Of a DNA stretch of 64,000 nucleotides, positions 22,153 through 35,135 are shown in pieces. A program made the position numbers and the translations under genes. Under the pieces are notes generated by a model. It searched no databases. It had not been told where the DNA came from and saw only the letters and a list, made by a program, of their open reading frames with translations. The stretch's first letter is position 1. Each line of letters begins with the position of its first letter. Source of the stretch: Selaginella moellendorffii (lineage: Eukaryota > Plantae > Lycopodiophyta); assembly GCF_000143415.4 (NCBI RefSeq), contig NW_003314266.1, positions 1,572,463 to 1,636,462 on the forward strand, written 5' to 3'.

Positions 22153-22460
22153 TTAACTTATACTCGAGCAGCATCTCTCCAAGAGCTCTCTCTTGATCCC
22201 TTCTCTGCGTTTGAGCTCCCAGAAGATCACGTAGTGCGCACGAACAGCGGTGGAATTGCCGTAGGCTATGAAGTGCACGACCTCGATCCCTGCCTCTTTT
22301 AACACCTCCTTTACCACATTTTGGAGCTCTTGCTCGTCGACCATCTCGTCTTGGACGCTCAGAACCGCGTTCTTGCGGTGGCTGAAAGCCAGCTGAGGAA
22401 CTCCATGGAAAAAACTTGATACTTTCATCACGTCCCCGAGGTATCGATATAATCTTTAAA
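22153..22460 (-). pseudogene. GH3 exon-4 fragment
   Basis: KVSSFFHGVPQLAFSHRKNAVLSVQDEMVDEQEL...CCSSI, truncated on both sides. Confidence 0.9.
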
Positions 22461-22829
22461 GAAAGAGAACACTGATTCATAGCGTGGTTATTAGGAATTC
22501 TCAACCATTCATTTAAGGAACTTATAACCAAACTAAATAAAGTTGCAAGTGAAAATAAAAGATGGCAAAAGCATTGTGGCATTGATGGTTGCCCACCTTC
22601 TATTTTGCATAGAGCCGCTAAAAGCAATCTCCTCTAAGTAAATGTTATTAAAGACATTTAATTTACATCTTGTGTTTATCGCAACCTTTGCTCAACACCA
22701 TTTACTCATTTCAGTCAGTCAGGATCCCAAGTCCAATTACGGAATTTGCTTTTGTTTTCTCTCCGCCAACATCTAGTGAAACCATAAATTCAATGGTGGA
22801 ACCCGGCAATGTAATTTATTTTTATAGTT

Positions 22830-24188
22830 TCAACTGGAGGTAACTAGTTGATAGACGTTGATCGGGTGATTTACATCCGGCCCTCCACGAAAGGCCTTGA
22901 TAGCAACATCTCGAGCAACTCCAGCAGTAGGATGGAACTCATCGAAGAAAATGTGTTGCGATGGATTGGAGCAATATGGAACTTTGGGCAGACAGAAGAA
23001 AGAGCCTCTGTAAGGACCGATACCACAGCAAGCAGTCCCTGTGACCTTGAATCCTGCTCAAGAAAGTAAAGACATAAAACCCGAGACCCGGAAGTCCAAA
23101 GGATAAAACTTGAGATGCTCACCGTGCTGGCTTGGATTGTTGTAGATGGACATGAACGAGTAGTACGAGTCCGTGTAGACGGTCCTGAGACCCGGAAGAG
23201 ATCTCTCCACCTCCACGAGGAGGGACTTGAGTCCTACATTGTAGTCCACCGCGAGTTTGTTCACAAAGTCTATGCACTCGCCGTTCTTGCTGCCGAATTT
23301 GAAGAGGGACTGGGGGCAGCAGCCGATGGGAGGCATGCTCACGACATGCAGCTTACGAGCACCGATGTTGTATAGTTCCTGGAACGAAGAAGGAAAGGAT
23401 TTAGAGCTTCGTCCCGTGACGAAGGCTTTAAGTTTTGGAAAGCAACGAACCTGCAATTGCGATTTGAGGCTGGACAGCAGCAAGGCCTGGAATTGAGCGG
23501 GAGTTCCTTCCCTCCGCCTGACGAGATAATTGTTGAGATAGTCGTTGCTTCCCGTGACAACAGAGAACAAGGCCTTGCTGAGAAGCGTCCTCGTGCGTTC
23601 TTCTCCAATAAGCTCTTGGATTTCCTGCTTAACTTTGTGCATGCTTTTCAGTTGAGAGCCCATTGGCATGTTCTGCCCCTGCAAGAAAACGCTCCAGAGC
23701 AAGGGTCAGCTCCAGATTTGCTGTTGACAAGAACTTACGAAAATCTTTCCAGTGAAATCAAGGATTCCAGAGCCTGAGGACGCAAAGTTGACGCCGAGGA
23801 GAAGCTTGCTGCCTTTGGTAGAGGGGTCCAGATAAGCGGGAACGAAAGGCAGTCCCAGAAGCTCAGCTGTTCACCACGACGGGAAAAGAACAAAAACAAA
23901 GTTAACACACAAAAAATCTTGCAAAGGTGACTTACTCAGGTAGTCGACTGAAACTCTCCCATTGCTGAATCGCCCCGTTGCAATGTGCGTGTCAAAGTCG
24001 ACTCCATACGGATGGAAGTTGCTCTTGGCAAGCGTGAAGAGATGGTTGTTGTTGCCAACGTCAACCAGGGAGTCTCCAAAGATGAAGTACGCGGGAACGA
24101 GCGGAGAGCTCGCATTTGCTGCCCAAGACCCAGAGATCCAAAGGATCCACTGGAGCACGACGGCGAGCAAAATACGAGAGAGTTGCAT
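22830..24188 (-). CDS. GDSL esterase/lipase (secreted; 4-5 exons)
   Basis: Signal peptide, [40 protein letters not shown] (catalytic DxxH); stop TGA at 22830-22832. Confidence 0.95.
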
Positions 24189-24451
24189 CCTCTCGCCCGT
24201 TCGGATCCTTTCCCCTCGCCCGCTGCTTATATTCGTGTCTTTTCCTCTTCTTTTACCTGTCGAGTGAGGAAGGTTGGTGCTTTTGCTTTCGATTTTTGGT
24301 TCTGTCGTTCATGTGACTCCATTAAATGAGAGTTCTAAACTTGGTTATTTTTGACCCGCCAAAGGAGCACCGCTGTATTAATGTTGTCAATATGCAATTT
24401 ACGCTTCCAACAACAATTACCTGTTTAGGAGCCTCACGTCTACAGTAAAGC

Positions 24452-27400
24452 TCAGTAGAACTGTGCTTTAAGTTCCTGAGCACGGTCGAGAGGAGCGCCG
24501 CATGAGTCACGAAGCCAGTCGAAGATTGACAGGAATGTATTCTTCTCACAGGGTGCCAGAAGCTTTAAAATAAGCCCAAAACGCTTCACTTTCACCAGCC
24601 CGCCAAGCACTGCCATTGTTCCCTGGAAGAATCTTCCCGTTAAGGTAGAAGAAGAGATAGAAAGATAGGAACTTACCGCGGGATCGTGTGGCATGAACGC
24701 AGCTTGCAACGACTTTAGAATGGTCCTCAGGACTTCCACGCTCAGGTTCTCCTTGAAAATCCCCGGATACTCGTCAATGTGGATCCTGCTGATGAACTCT
24801 CTAAGCAGCTGTGATTGGCCTTGTAGTCGTTCACACGATCGCTGGAACTCTATCGCGGTCCTTGGCTTTTCAGGAACTGTCGTTGCCCTGGCTTGTCTGA
24901 CGTTCCGTTCAGGAGCTATTGGACGCTCTTGTGGTTGAGACACTGGAATGCAAGCTCCTTCGCCAATCTGAGTCTTTATTTCGTGCATCGAAGGGCTCCT
25001 TCCCGAGGTTTCTTCAAGATTCTTGTCGCTGCCAGCCTCTTCCTGGGATGACTCTTTGACAAATGATACTCGAAGCTTCCGCTTGATAGTCCTGAGCTTC
25101 TCACCGATTTCTGAATCATCCGGTTGCAATTTCAGAGCGGCCTGAAGATATAGAAGAAGAATAATGAGTAACAGAAAATATTTTCCTATATAGAAAAAAA
25201 AATGTTGGACCTGTAGGTCTTTGAGGGCCCCTCGAAGATCACCAAGGCCTTCAAATGCCAATGCTCTCCTGTAGTATGCCTTCGCATATCCACAATCTAT
25301 GGTAATTGCTTCAGAACAATCCGATATTGCGGTATTCCAATCTCTCATCTGCAATGCAAACAACGTTGGCCATAACGCAGACACTAGAATTTACCTTTAG
25401 ATAGCAGAGTGCTCGGTTAGCAAAAGTTGCCGCGACGCCAGGATCTAAACTCAAACTCCTGTTGTAACACTTGATCGCTGCGCAGTAATCTTGAGACTTG
25501 AAATGTTCATTCCCGATTGTTCGCTGCTTGTTTGCTTCTTCTCGAGCGTCATTGGTATTTTCAGGCCGACACGCCGTCGATGATTCCTCAGGCTCGCATT
25601 TCTACACAAAGGTCATCACGTCAGTAAACTTCAAATGGAAAGCGCTAGATACCGTCTCAACGATCTCCTCAATCACCATCGGCCCAGCTCGCATAGGAAT
25701 GTACGAAGAGTTCTCCTCCAGCGCAGGGGAGAGCTTACGTTCAGATAGGACCTTTAGCTCGCCCTGCAAAAGTTAAAAAGATTGGCATCGAACATCTATA
25801 TAGAGATAAGCTTAATAGATGAAATCACCTCGGGAACAATCTCTTTCGTAAATATTTCACGTTGAGGAAATTTCTGCGTCTTAGTCACCCGAGTTCGAAG
25901 GGCTGGAGTTCGACTCTCCATCTCTAGCAACGCTGAAGAAGAACGGGATTCATCTTCACCTCCAACCTCTTCTATTGAAATTCTTTTACAACTGTCTGCA
26001 AGCTTATCATCGTCCTTTTGCTTCTTCCGAACAGCTCTTTCTGCCTTTTCTTTCAAGGTCGAGGCCTCCTTACAAGATGAATCCAAATCAAATGCAGCAG
26101 TTAAATCTGCAACGTGGAATTCAGAAACGTCATAAACTCTAAACCGAATGAGCACCTCTCAAGGCCGCCTCCGGCCTTCCTATTTCCAGGTAAGCCACTC
26201 CACGACGAAGAAGTGCCTGCTCTTGCGAGGGCATTGTTCGCGTTAGCTCAAAATCAGAAATATTGTATACCTTGACGTGATTTGGATCGAGTTCAAGTGC
26301 TTTGGAACAGTCTGCAACAGCATCATCCCATCGATTCAGCTGTTCATATATGCTCGTCATGGATGTAAAGTAGTGTCAATTGACGATTACCTTAACTTGA
26401 ACTGCAGCACGATTAGCAAACGTCGTCGCCGAATTCGAAAATAGTTCGAGGGACAAGCTGTACGCATCTAGTGAAGCAATATATTCTCGTGCCTGAATGT
26501 AAACAGAATCAGTCCCCAGATTGCAAATGCAGTTGTTTTTACCTTAAACAGCTCATTGCCCTTCTCTCGCTCTCGGTTTGCATGCCATTCCCTCTCTGTT
26601 TGGGATTTAGAAACAATAGCATTCCTGCATACAGATTATTAGCACTATAGATTTTTGCAAAAACTGGTATACGGACCTTTCTTTGGTTTTCTTGGGATGA
26701 GGTATCTTTTCTTCGGTTTTGCAGTCGTCTTCCTGGAGAAAATGTACAACATCAACCCAGCACTGCCAATGGTAGAAAATGACTTGCGTTTTCGCATTTT
26801 GCGGCGAATTCATCCCATAGTCGGTAATAATCTCTGCCACTTTTTACGTCTTTACCCTCTTTCTTCGTGCGGGTATTTAAAACTTCAGAAGGCTTAGTTG
26901 TATCTTGTATAGTTGGCCTGGCCTGCGCATAAAAACCGGAAAGCGTGAGAAACAGAAAATGAGCGCCTAGCCTACTTTGTCGCCGGACTCTGCAGCTTTG
27001 GGGCCTTTCACTCTCTGAAGCTGGCGAAGCTTGTCATCGGCACCTTTGATCGCGTCCTGGTGGTGAGAAGAGTGAAGAAATAAGAGCTTGAGAAGTCCCC
27101 AGCAGATTTTTGGACGCACGAATTCACCTTCCACGAGTCGAAGGTCTTAAGAAAACCATCGAAGTCTTCGTCGTACTCGTCAACTCTGAGATACACAATG
27201 AAAAACCACATGAAAAAAGGAGAAGAAGAAGAAACACTTACCGAGTTTCGCGCTCTCCGGGACGAAAAACCCGGCCCCCTAGTTTGATAATAGTTTCGTA
27301 AGCAGCCTCGGCAGTTTGGGGAAATCCCTCTTCCCTGGAATCGATTAAATCAGCTGCGAAAGCTAGAAAGAAAGAAATCCTCACCGCATGTATCTCTCGA

Positions 27401-27537
27401 GTTTCTTGAGCTTCCGGAGATCCGTCATGCCGCGGATTTGATCTCCGCTAGAAAGTAGAGAACCAAAAACACATTTAACCGGAAAAATGCAGCGATGGCG
27501 GCAGGAAATCTTACGTGATATGATCGAATTCGTCCAT
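24452..27537 (-). CDS. SPAG1: SPAG1-like R2TP-type co-chaperone (SPAG1-type N-terminus, two TPR clamps, RPAP3_C domain), multi-exon
   Basis: Spliced N-terminus MDEFDHITGDQIRGMTDLRKLKKLERYMREEGFPQTAEAAYETIIKL resembles SPAG1 (HLDFKYIEKCSDVKHLEKIL..LRSGEEGYYPEL). TPR clamps EREKGNELFK..FANRAA and GNEHFK..FANRA; C-terminal PRTAIEFQR..YPGIFKENLS..LVKVKRF. Confidence 0.75.
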
Positions 27538-27761
27538 CTCCTTGTCGGAAATCCATGAGCGCTTCACGCCGGCCACCATAGCTGCGAGAAGCCCTAAACT
27601 CTGGGAGGAAGAAAGAACAAACTCGGGGATCCAACGGAGGTTTTCTCGACAGCCGTCGGATCCTCCCGCCAGAAATTCGTAGCAATATAGAATTAGGGTT
27701 CTTATTTTGGAGCTCGGCTATGGCGGAATGTGAGGCGCTCTGGTGAGGCAATCTGGTCGAA

Positions 27762-30298
27762 ATGGCAGCTCAAGAAGAGGATGCGACTCGCCTGAGATTG
27801 CTCCTCGAGTCGTCCTCGAGCTCTCTTGGCGACATCGCCGCCGCCTGTCATGCGGTGGAATCCGTCTCCAGGCACTTGCCAAGATCGTTCTTTTGCGTTT
27901 GCTTCCCGCTCCTCCTGCGCAGATTGTTTGGATTCAAGGACTTCCAGGCAGGGGCAGTGACTTCCTCGGAGGGATGGCTCTCGGTCGTCTCGCAGCCGGG
28001 CTGTGAATCGGCCGCGACGGTAGTAATCGCTCTCCTAGCGCCCGGGAGCTCGCTCTTCAAATCCCTCCTCGCCTCGGACAGCGAGAGCGTCGTGAGGTAT
28101 GTGTTTCCATTCGAGCGCCTCCCGGAATGGGTCCGCCGCCTCTTGGCGGTGGAGGGCGGCGGCCCAGTGCTGGAGCACGTCTCGATTCTCTTCCGGAAGA
28201 GGCTCAAGGAGGACATCACTGGGTCGATCCAGATCGAGCTAGACATCTTCCAGTACTACATCTTCTGGTTTGCCTACTACGCGGTTTGCAAGGAGTCTCC
28301 AGCTGCCAAGACTTCCAAGACTGGGCTCTCTCGATCATCCCAGCTGCGCAGCCAGATCGAGAGCTGGGCTTCTTCCATCCCGGGGCTCCATCACTCTCAC
28401 CAGGGAAGCTTGGTCTCGCCGCTTCATCCATACTTGCAGCTCCTCCAGCTCTATCTTTCACACTTTGTTGGTCCAGCGATGATCCGGAAAGACAAGCAAG
28501 TGATCTCACTGTGGGAAGACTACGTCATCTCGCACGCCGACATACTCGTCCGGACTTTGATCGATTTTTGGCTCATTGACGACGATCCTTGTCCGTTCTC
28601 GCTCGCGGTGTGCCAGTCTTTGCAGCTCCACACTTTGCCGCCACCTTCGTCTTACGTGCCGCCAGGAAGAGATCTCATCGATGCCGTGAAGCTGCTCATC
28701 AACTATTTCAGTGCTCTTCTCCAAACGCAGATTGGTCACCACGAGCAGTTCTTTGCTTCGCCAGAGTCACCGGCTGGATTCAGGAGGAAAGCTTCGCTTC
28801 TGTCGGATTTGCGAGCAAGTTCCGCGCTGAATGCTAGTCCGTATCTGCAGTCGCTGCAAAGGCCGCTCTATCGGTTCTTTCTCCGGGCGTTTTGTTTGTG
28901 GCCGGTTGGGACGTCCCTGACCAAGGTGCTGCCGATGGTCGACCTGTGGCTACACTACTTGGAACCATGGACGGCGATTCTTCTCGTCCCAAAGGACAGT
29001 AGCGTTCAGCCTGGCTCCAGAGTTGTTCTTGACGAGTCGAAGCGCTTCTACTCGGCATACTGGCAGGAATACGTTCTCTCCAACTATGGTTTCTACACGT
29101 CGCTGGTTTCGCACTTCCTGGATTTCGCTTTGAAGTTTCTACACGTCGACATGGAGCTGGTCGTCCAGGCAACATGCAAGGTGAACCCATCGCTCCACTT
29201 GCTATAGGTGGCTCCTATACATACACCCATAGAAACTGATCAGAGCTGGTGAACTGATGGCGTTGTCTCTTTTTGTTGAAACAGGTTCTCGGTGTTTTGG
29301 CCAAGTCAGATGATCTGTTAGATCTTCTGCGGAGGGTTAATGCCGCGTACACGGAAAGCTTTCTCGGGAGGCATCACTATACGAGTAATCCTTTTGTTGA
29401 CAGAGTCCCAACCATCATGGAACAGCTACAGGTAACTCTTTGCCTATCAAAACTTCCCGTTTTACTCTTTGCTTATCAAATGTTCCCGTATCCTTTCAGG
29501 ATTGGGAAGAGGGCATGACAAATTCAGAGAAGGAGCATGGCGAGATCTTGCACTCGAGCATGCAGACCAGTGCCCCCCAGCTGCATTTATTTGGTGTGGG
29601 AGAATACGGAGGCCATTATGTCTTACAGGTGATATTTGTGAACTTTGGTATCTCTTTGCTAAACAGACTATTCCTTTCAGAGCATCATCTTGCTGGCGGA
29701 AGCGGAAAACCGAGCTTGCAACACCGACAAGCTGCCAGTGTCTCCCAAGACCTTGAGAAATCTGAAGGAGCTCGTCCTGAAAGTTTTTGAGCGGGAGGTT
29801 TTGGGAAGGCAGCAGCCGCTGAGGTCGGACTCTGGCTCTCCACTCCCCGAGATGGTGATCCCGGAGACAAATCACTCGGAGGAGATCCCGGAGAGAAGTC
29901 CTGGACTCCAGAGGCACAGCGTGGCGGAGGTGAAGTACAAAGGCGATTGGATGAGACGTCCGATAGAAAGCCAGGAGATCGGGTGGCTTGTCCGGCTGCT
30001 GGTGGAGGTCTCGGACAAGCTAAACGGTTGCCTGGGATTTACCGGAGGCAGGGAATTGATCGAAGAACAGGGGTGCTCATCACACTCGCAGGTGCTCGAC
30101 GCTGTTTTTCCCGAAGTCCTCAAGCCAGTGGCGAGAGCTCTACTCGCAGCTTTCCTCTTCGTGGTGAAGGAGTTGCGGAAGCGGGGATTTAGAATAAATT
30201 TGCGGCCGCTAGCGAGCAAGCAGGCGATCAGTTCCGGGGCTCTAGCGCTCTTCTTCTACTGGCTGGTCAAGAAGATCGCGGGGTATTTCTTCAAATAA
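27762..30298 (+). CDS. SMPD4 (neutral sphingomyelinase 3)-like / plant PNET1-like nuclear-envelope membrane protein
   Basis: FPLLLRRLFG, FQYYIFWFAYY, LQRPLYRFF, WLHYLEPW, YKGDWMRRPIES.EIGWL and RINLRPLAS followed by a C-terminal TM helix. Confidence 0.8.
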
Positions 30299-30572
30299 TA
30301 GCCGTTGGATGGATGGAATCGACGGCTAAGGCGCTAGGGTTCTTTACGACGCTTGAGGCATATTCCATTGGCGGGTTTTTCAAATAAGTCCAACACGTGG
30401 CTTATCCACGAGCATCCGCCGAGTGCTACGTGGCAAGGCTTCATAACGTTGTGGCTTCCAAGGACGTGGCGTTTAGGGTTTATAGCACAAGAAGAGGCGG
30501 CAGGAGCTGCGCCAAGCATCCAGGCAGGTTGAGGGATATCACTTTGGAGTTTTTGGTCACTGTGGATTGAAA

Positions 30573-32173
30573 ATGGAAGAGTTTTCATCGTCTTCGTCGG
30601 GATCTCTCTGCGTTTTGGAGCAATGGCGATCGGGTGGTCTCGTTGGTGTTTGTTTTATTGATGGATTCGGCCGGGATCAATGCAGGGAGTGGCCGGGAAG
30701 TGTTTCGAGCTTGTGTGGAGAGCCATGGTGGGAGCTTTGGAGTCGCCAGCAGCTATCAGTCTTGCGACGTTTGGGGGAGTGAAGAGGCCTCAGTTGCCGA
30801 TCAATTTTTTCAAGTTTCCTGCCGCCACGCGCCTCAAGGCTGTGCAACAGGTTTGTCTAGCGGCATTTTCGTTTCCACAAGAAAAAAAGCTCTCTCATGT
30901 TCGTTCTTTGCAATTTTGATTTTTCTTGCAGTACATAGGCTGCTTTGAGTACCGGATAGCGCTTCAGCCACACTACAATGTTAATAAGTACAGGCCACTG
31001 GCAAAACTTATGGACACTGCACAGATGGTTAGTTTCTTGAGAGTTTGTAGCGATTACTTCTTCAGGGTTGGTTTTTATTTTTGTTTCTCTCTTTCCAGAT
31101 GATTCACAGTCCTCAGGCAATTAAATGCGTTGAAGGTGTGATTCTGGCAATTTATCTCACCGTAAGCTTTCGACATCTTTGTTGGGAAGTTCTTAATGCG
31201 TGCTTGCTTTTGTGGAGTAAGGCCGGACTCCAAGGCGTGGAACGAATTCCCGTGGGTTTTGAGACTGAGCAAGACACGAAGGTACATCGTCCATATGATA
31301 TCTGCGGTGGTTTTCTAAAGAGGTTTTTTGTATGAGCTACAGATCCATCAGCACATCATTCTAGTGGTGCGCAATGGAAAGAAGTTTGGTGCGTTTGGGA
31401 TGAGCCGCGAGGCCGACTTGGCAGGAAGAGAGTTTGAGTTTGATAGGTTCTCGTCATAGCTCTTAAGTTTCTCCTTTTACATCCTTTTAAATTTTTGCAG
31501 CTTCTCAAGTATTGTTTCTGATTACAAACGAGCCTACGAAGGCCATCGCCACACCATCCAGAAGCTATGGGTTGGACTGCCGGTAATCTTTCTTTTTCTG
31601 CTTTGGAAACTTGAACCATTTAAACTCTAATTTGTCCTCCTTTTTTATCAAGGTGGAACTCAATGTCGAGTCTTATAACTACGTTTGCTGGCGGTACTTG
31701 ACACTCACGCCAAACTCGCAACCATGGATAGAGGTAATTCTTTGCGCATACTTCTCTAAAGTGACTAAAATTCTTACTTCAGTGCTGTGCCGAAATGGAC
31801 AAACACTTCTCCCAATCGAAAAAACTCTGGGAAAGGTCAGTCTACCTTGTCGAAACCCATACTGATATTTTTCTTAAATTCTTTCTTTCTTTTCCTTCTA
31901 GATGGCTGCTCGAGGGACAGGGAGAAATCCCAAAGAACCAAAGCATCTATAACAACGCCAAGAAACTGGATATAAACGCTGTTCCCAGAGCTGCAGGCGC
32001 GATCTTGAGGATTCCAAGGCCGCCTTCACGCTCGACGATCTTACCATCGATCGTGAACCTCAACACTCCTGGTAAGAAAAGCGCTGAAAGTTAATTAGCT
32101 AGGTAGAAACTGGAAGAAAAAACAAAAGCCAGAGAGAAGAAGACCAAAGAAGCGCTATCTTTTCCCTGACTGA
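30573..32173 (+). CDS. VASH: Vasohibin-family tubulin tyrosine carboxypeptidase (detyrosinase), multi-exon; 5' end uncertain (30573 or 30680)
   Basis: Spliced RLKAVQQYIGCFEY..NKYRPLAKLMDTAQMMIHSPQAIKCVEGVILAIYLT..ERIPVGF..HQHIILVV..FGAFGMSREADL parallels VASH1 RLEAVQRYI..QY..KKSRPL..LMD.AKEM...PIKCLEAVILGIYLT..ERFPISF..RHIVL..YGALGMSRREDL. Confidence 0.88.
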
Positions 32174-32432
32174 ATTTACAGTGCCATCGCGAGTGGGTTT
32201 TCATGAGATCCCGTCCATCAGATATTTCCACGACTAACTTTTAATGGGAGTTCTTTTATTCTACCTTTAACTTAACCCCGCCTTTTATCGTGTGACGTCT
32301 GCCCTAGTTTCTTGTTTCATGTGAAGAGGTCCATCTTCGAGGGTTTGGAGATCGCGTGTCCGCGTCGGCGCTTCCGGTTTGCCTCGATCCCTGGGAATTT
32401 CTCACAATGCAGGGCTGAATCGCCGGGGATTG

Positions 32433-35135
32433 ATGTCATCAATGCGTGGAATGCTAAGAATGCGTCGCAGATTCGCTGCCGCTGCTACGAATGGAGCTCT
32501 CAAGTCGTATTCTCTCGCGGCGGAATCCCAGGTGCGATTGCCAGATGAGTTGTGTTGTGTAGTCGAGCGAAGAATCGTTCGAGAATTTGTAGTCGAGAGA
32601 ATCGTTAGAGAAATTCGTCCAGTTTGGTATTGTTCTTTCTTGTGATTCTTTGTTCTGTTTCCTTTGCTGATACATATCTTCGTTTTTGGTCAGGGCGGTG
32701 GGCTTTGTCCCTATGGACGTCGTGAGCATATGAAGCTTCTCATGGAGTTCTTCCAGAAGAATCTTCCCAGAGCGTGTACTTTCCTGGCCCCGCCGACGAA
32801 CTTTGCATCAACGTCGTACCGATTCCCTGTCAGGAAGTTCCAGTTTAGATCGTCGTCTGTGCAAACAATCGGGCCGAGATGCTGCGCTTTGCCCGTCAGA
32901 TTTTTCTCGAGCACTCCATCGCCAGAAGCACTAGATCGGCTAAATTGCTGCAGCCACAAGAGGGACTCCGACTCCGACGATGAGACCGAGTCTCTGGGGC
33001 GGTGTTCTTACGTCCAGCCTCCAGGTAATCGGGAAGAGGCAACCGAGAAACTCCAGGAGGAATTCGAAACTGCGATGAAGTGCTTCGAAGACGCTCCACC
33101 ATGCCTGGACGACATTCCGAAGATAAATCCCAATGGTAGGTGAGTATATTTGCTTTTCATCTTCTAGTTGCTCGAGAATTGTGTCTAACGCTCGGGTTTT
33201 GCAGGTGTTTATGCCAACCATAACTTGCGCTTGGATCTCATCAGCGTCTATGGATTTGACTACGACTTCACGTTAGCTCACTACACTGCGAGTTTGCAGC
33301 ATTTGATTTACGACCTTGCCAAAGAACAGCTTGTAAAAGAGGTATTTGCAGTATTTTATTTTCTTTGCACAACGATTTAGGCTGATATCTTCTATGAACA
33401 GCTGAAATATCCGGAATCATGCTTGGATTTCAAGTATGATCAGAATTTTCCAATAAGAGGGTTATATTACGATAAGAAACGGAGCTATCTGCTGAAGCTA
33501 GACTTTTTCCACTGTGCGGAAGTTGCGAGTTGTTTCTTTGGCCGCCGGCGTGTAAGTGGATGTTTCTTTCTGTTCCTTCTTAACAGTGAGATCAGTTAAC
33601 GCATGAGGAAGTCGAGCAAGCATATGGAGGAAAGCATATAAGCCCAGAGAACTTAAGTAACCTCGTCCCTCTTATGGATTTATTTTGCTTGAGCGAGGTA
33701 CATTTTTTATGTTTATTTCTTCTTCTTGCTATAGATGTTATTGTCTATACAGGTCTGCCTTCTATCCGATGTTATTCAACATTTCGTAGATCAAAAGCTC
33801 CAGTTTGATCCTGGTTATGTGTACGAGGACGTAAGACGCTCTGTTGAGAATATCCATCGAACCGGACTTTTACATAAACTTATCCTTGAACGCCCAGAGG
33901 AGTACCTTGTGAAAAATGTAAGAACTTGGCTTTCTGTTCTCGCATTTTAAGCGCTTGTGAATACAGGAAGCTGTCACCCGGATGCTAAAAAGGCTTAAAG
34001 AGATAGGAAAAAAGACGTTCATCATCACAAACTCTCCTTTTCCGTTTGTAGATGGAGGGATGAGATACTTGTTTCAGGTAAACGGCCAGTCTTTTGATTT
34101 TTCCTGTCATAACATTGTTTATATGCGTAGGAAGACGGAGACGACGGAAGTTCCTGGAGAGACTTGTTTGATGTTGTTGTGGCTCTGTCAGATAAGCCAA
34201 ACTTCTATTCCTCTCAACGACCATTCAGGTAATGTTTATTACGGACATAGCAAAAGATTCAATGAATATCGTGAAACAGGCATTACGATATAGAAGCGGA
34301 CAGGTTAACCTTTAACAAGGTGGAAGAGTTTGAACCTCATGCTGTTTATTACCATGGATGCTTGAAGGACTTTCTTCAAATCACGAAGTGGCGAGGAACA
34401 GAGGTGTGAAGGTTTTGCACTGGACAGCTTTAAAATGCTTAACATTTGCAGGTCCTGTATTTTGGAGATCACTTATTTAGTGATTTACGAGGCCCTTCAA
34501 AGGCTGGATGGCGCACGGCTGCTATAATTCGGGAGCTTGAGGTCTGTCTTGAGATATAAATCAGTATAAAGCAACTCATTTTCCACTTTCAGAGAGAGAT
34601 CGCTACACAAAATGAAGATGAATATCGCATCCACCAGGTATTTAAAAGGGCCTAGCTGTCTTATCGTAAACGTGATAGTAATTTGTTAACAGGCACGATA
34701 TCATATGGTTCAAGAGCTGCTTGGCAAATATCACGGCTTGCCTGTGGGACCTAGAAGGGACAAAGAAAAAACTCTTCTCCTGGCATTAAGAAAGGAACGC
34801 TTGAATGCGAGATTATCGATGAGCCAGATGTTCAACCGCTACTTTGGTTCAACGTTCCTCACAGATACTGGCAAAGAGTCGGCTTTCGCATATAACGTGC
34901 AGAAGTACGCGGACGTGTATACAAGCCGCCTTGAGAACTTGATGACATATTCTAGTGAAGCGTGGCTCTATACCCCGTTCGACGTGAAGATTTTGCCGCA
35001 TCATATCAAGGTACTCATGTCTAGTGGTTTTTCTCTGATTGTTCACTAATTCGTGTTTCAAAAGCTTGTGTGTGACTACAGGTCGGGCCGTCTAAAGTTT
35101 TCAAGGATTGGCCATTTGAATCCTACCCAGCATAG
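32433..35135 (+). CDS. HAD-superfamily IG 5'-nucleotidase (NT5DC/cN-II-like) with organellar-type presequence, multi-exon
   Basis: [63 protein letters not shown]. Confidence 0.92.

Noticed and set aside
30023-30029. DUO1-like site AACGGTT upstream of vasohibin
   Set aside because: It lies within the neighbouring coding exon ~550 bp away; a 7-mer is expected by chance.
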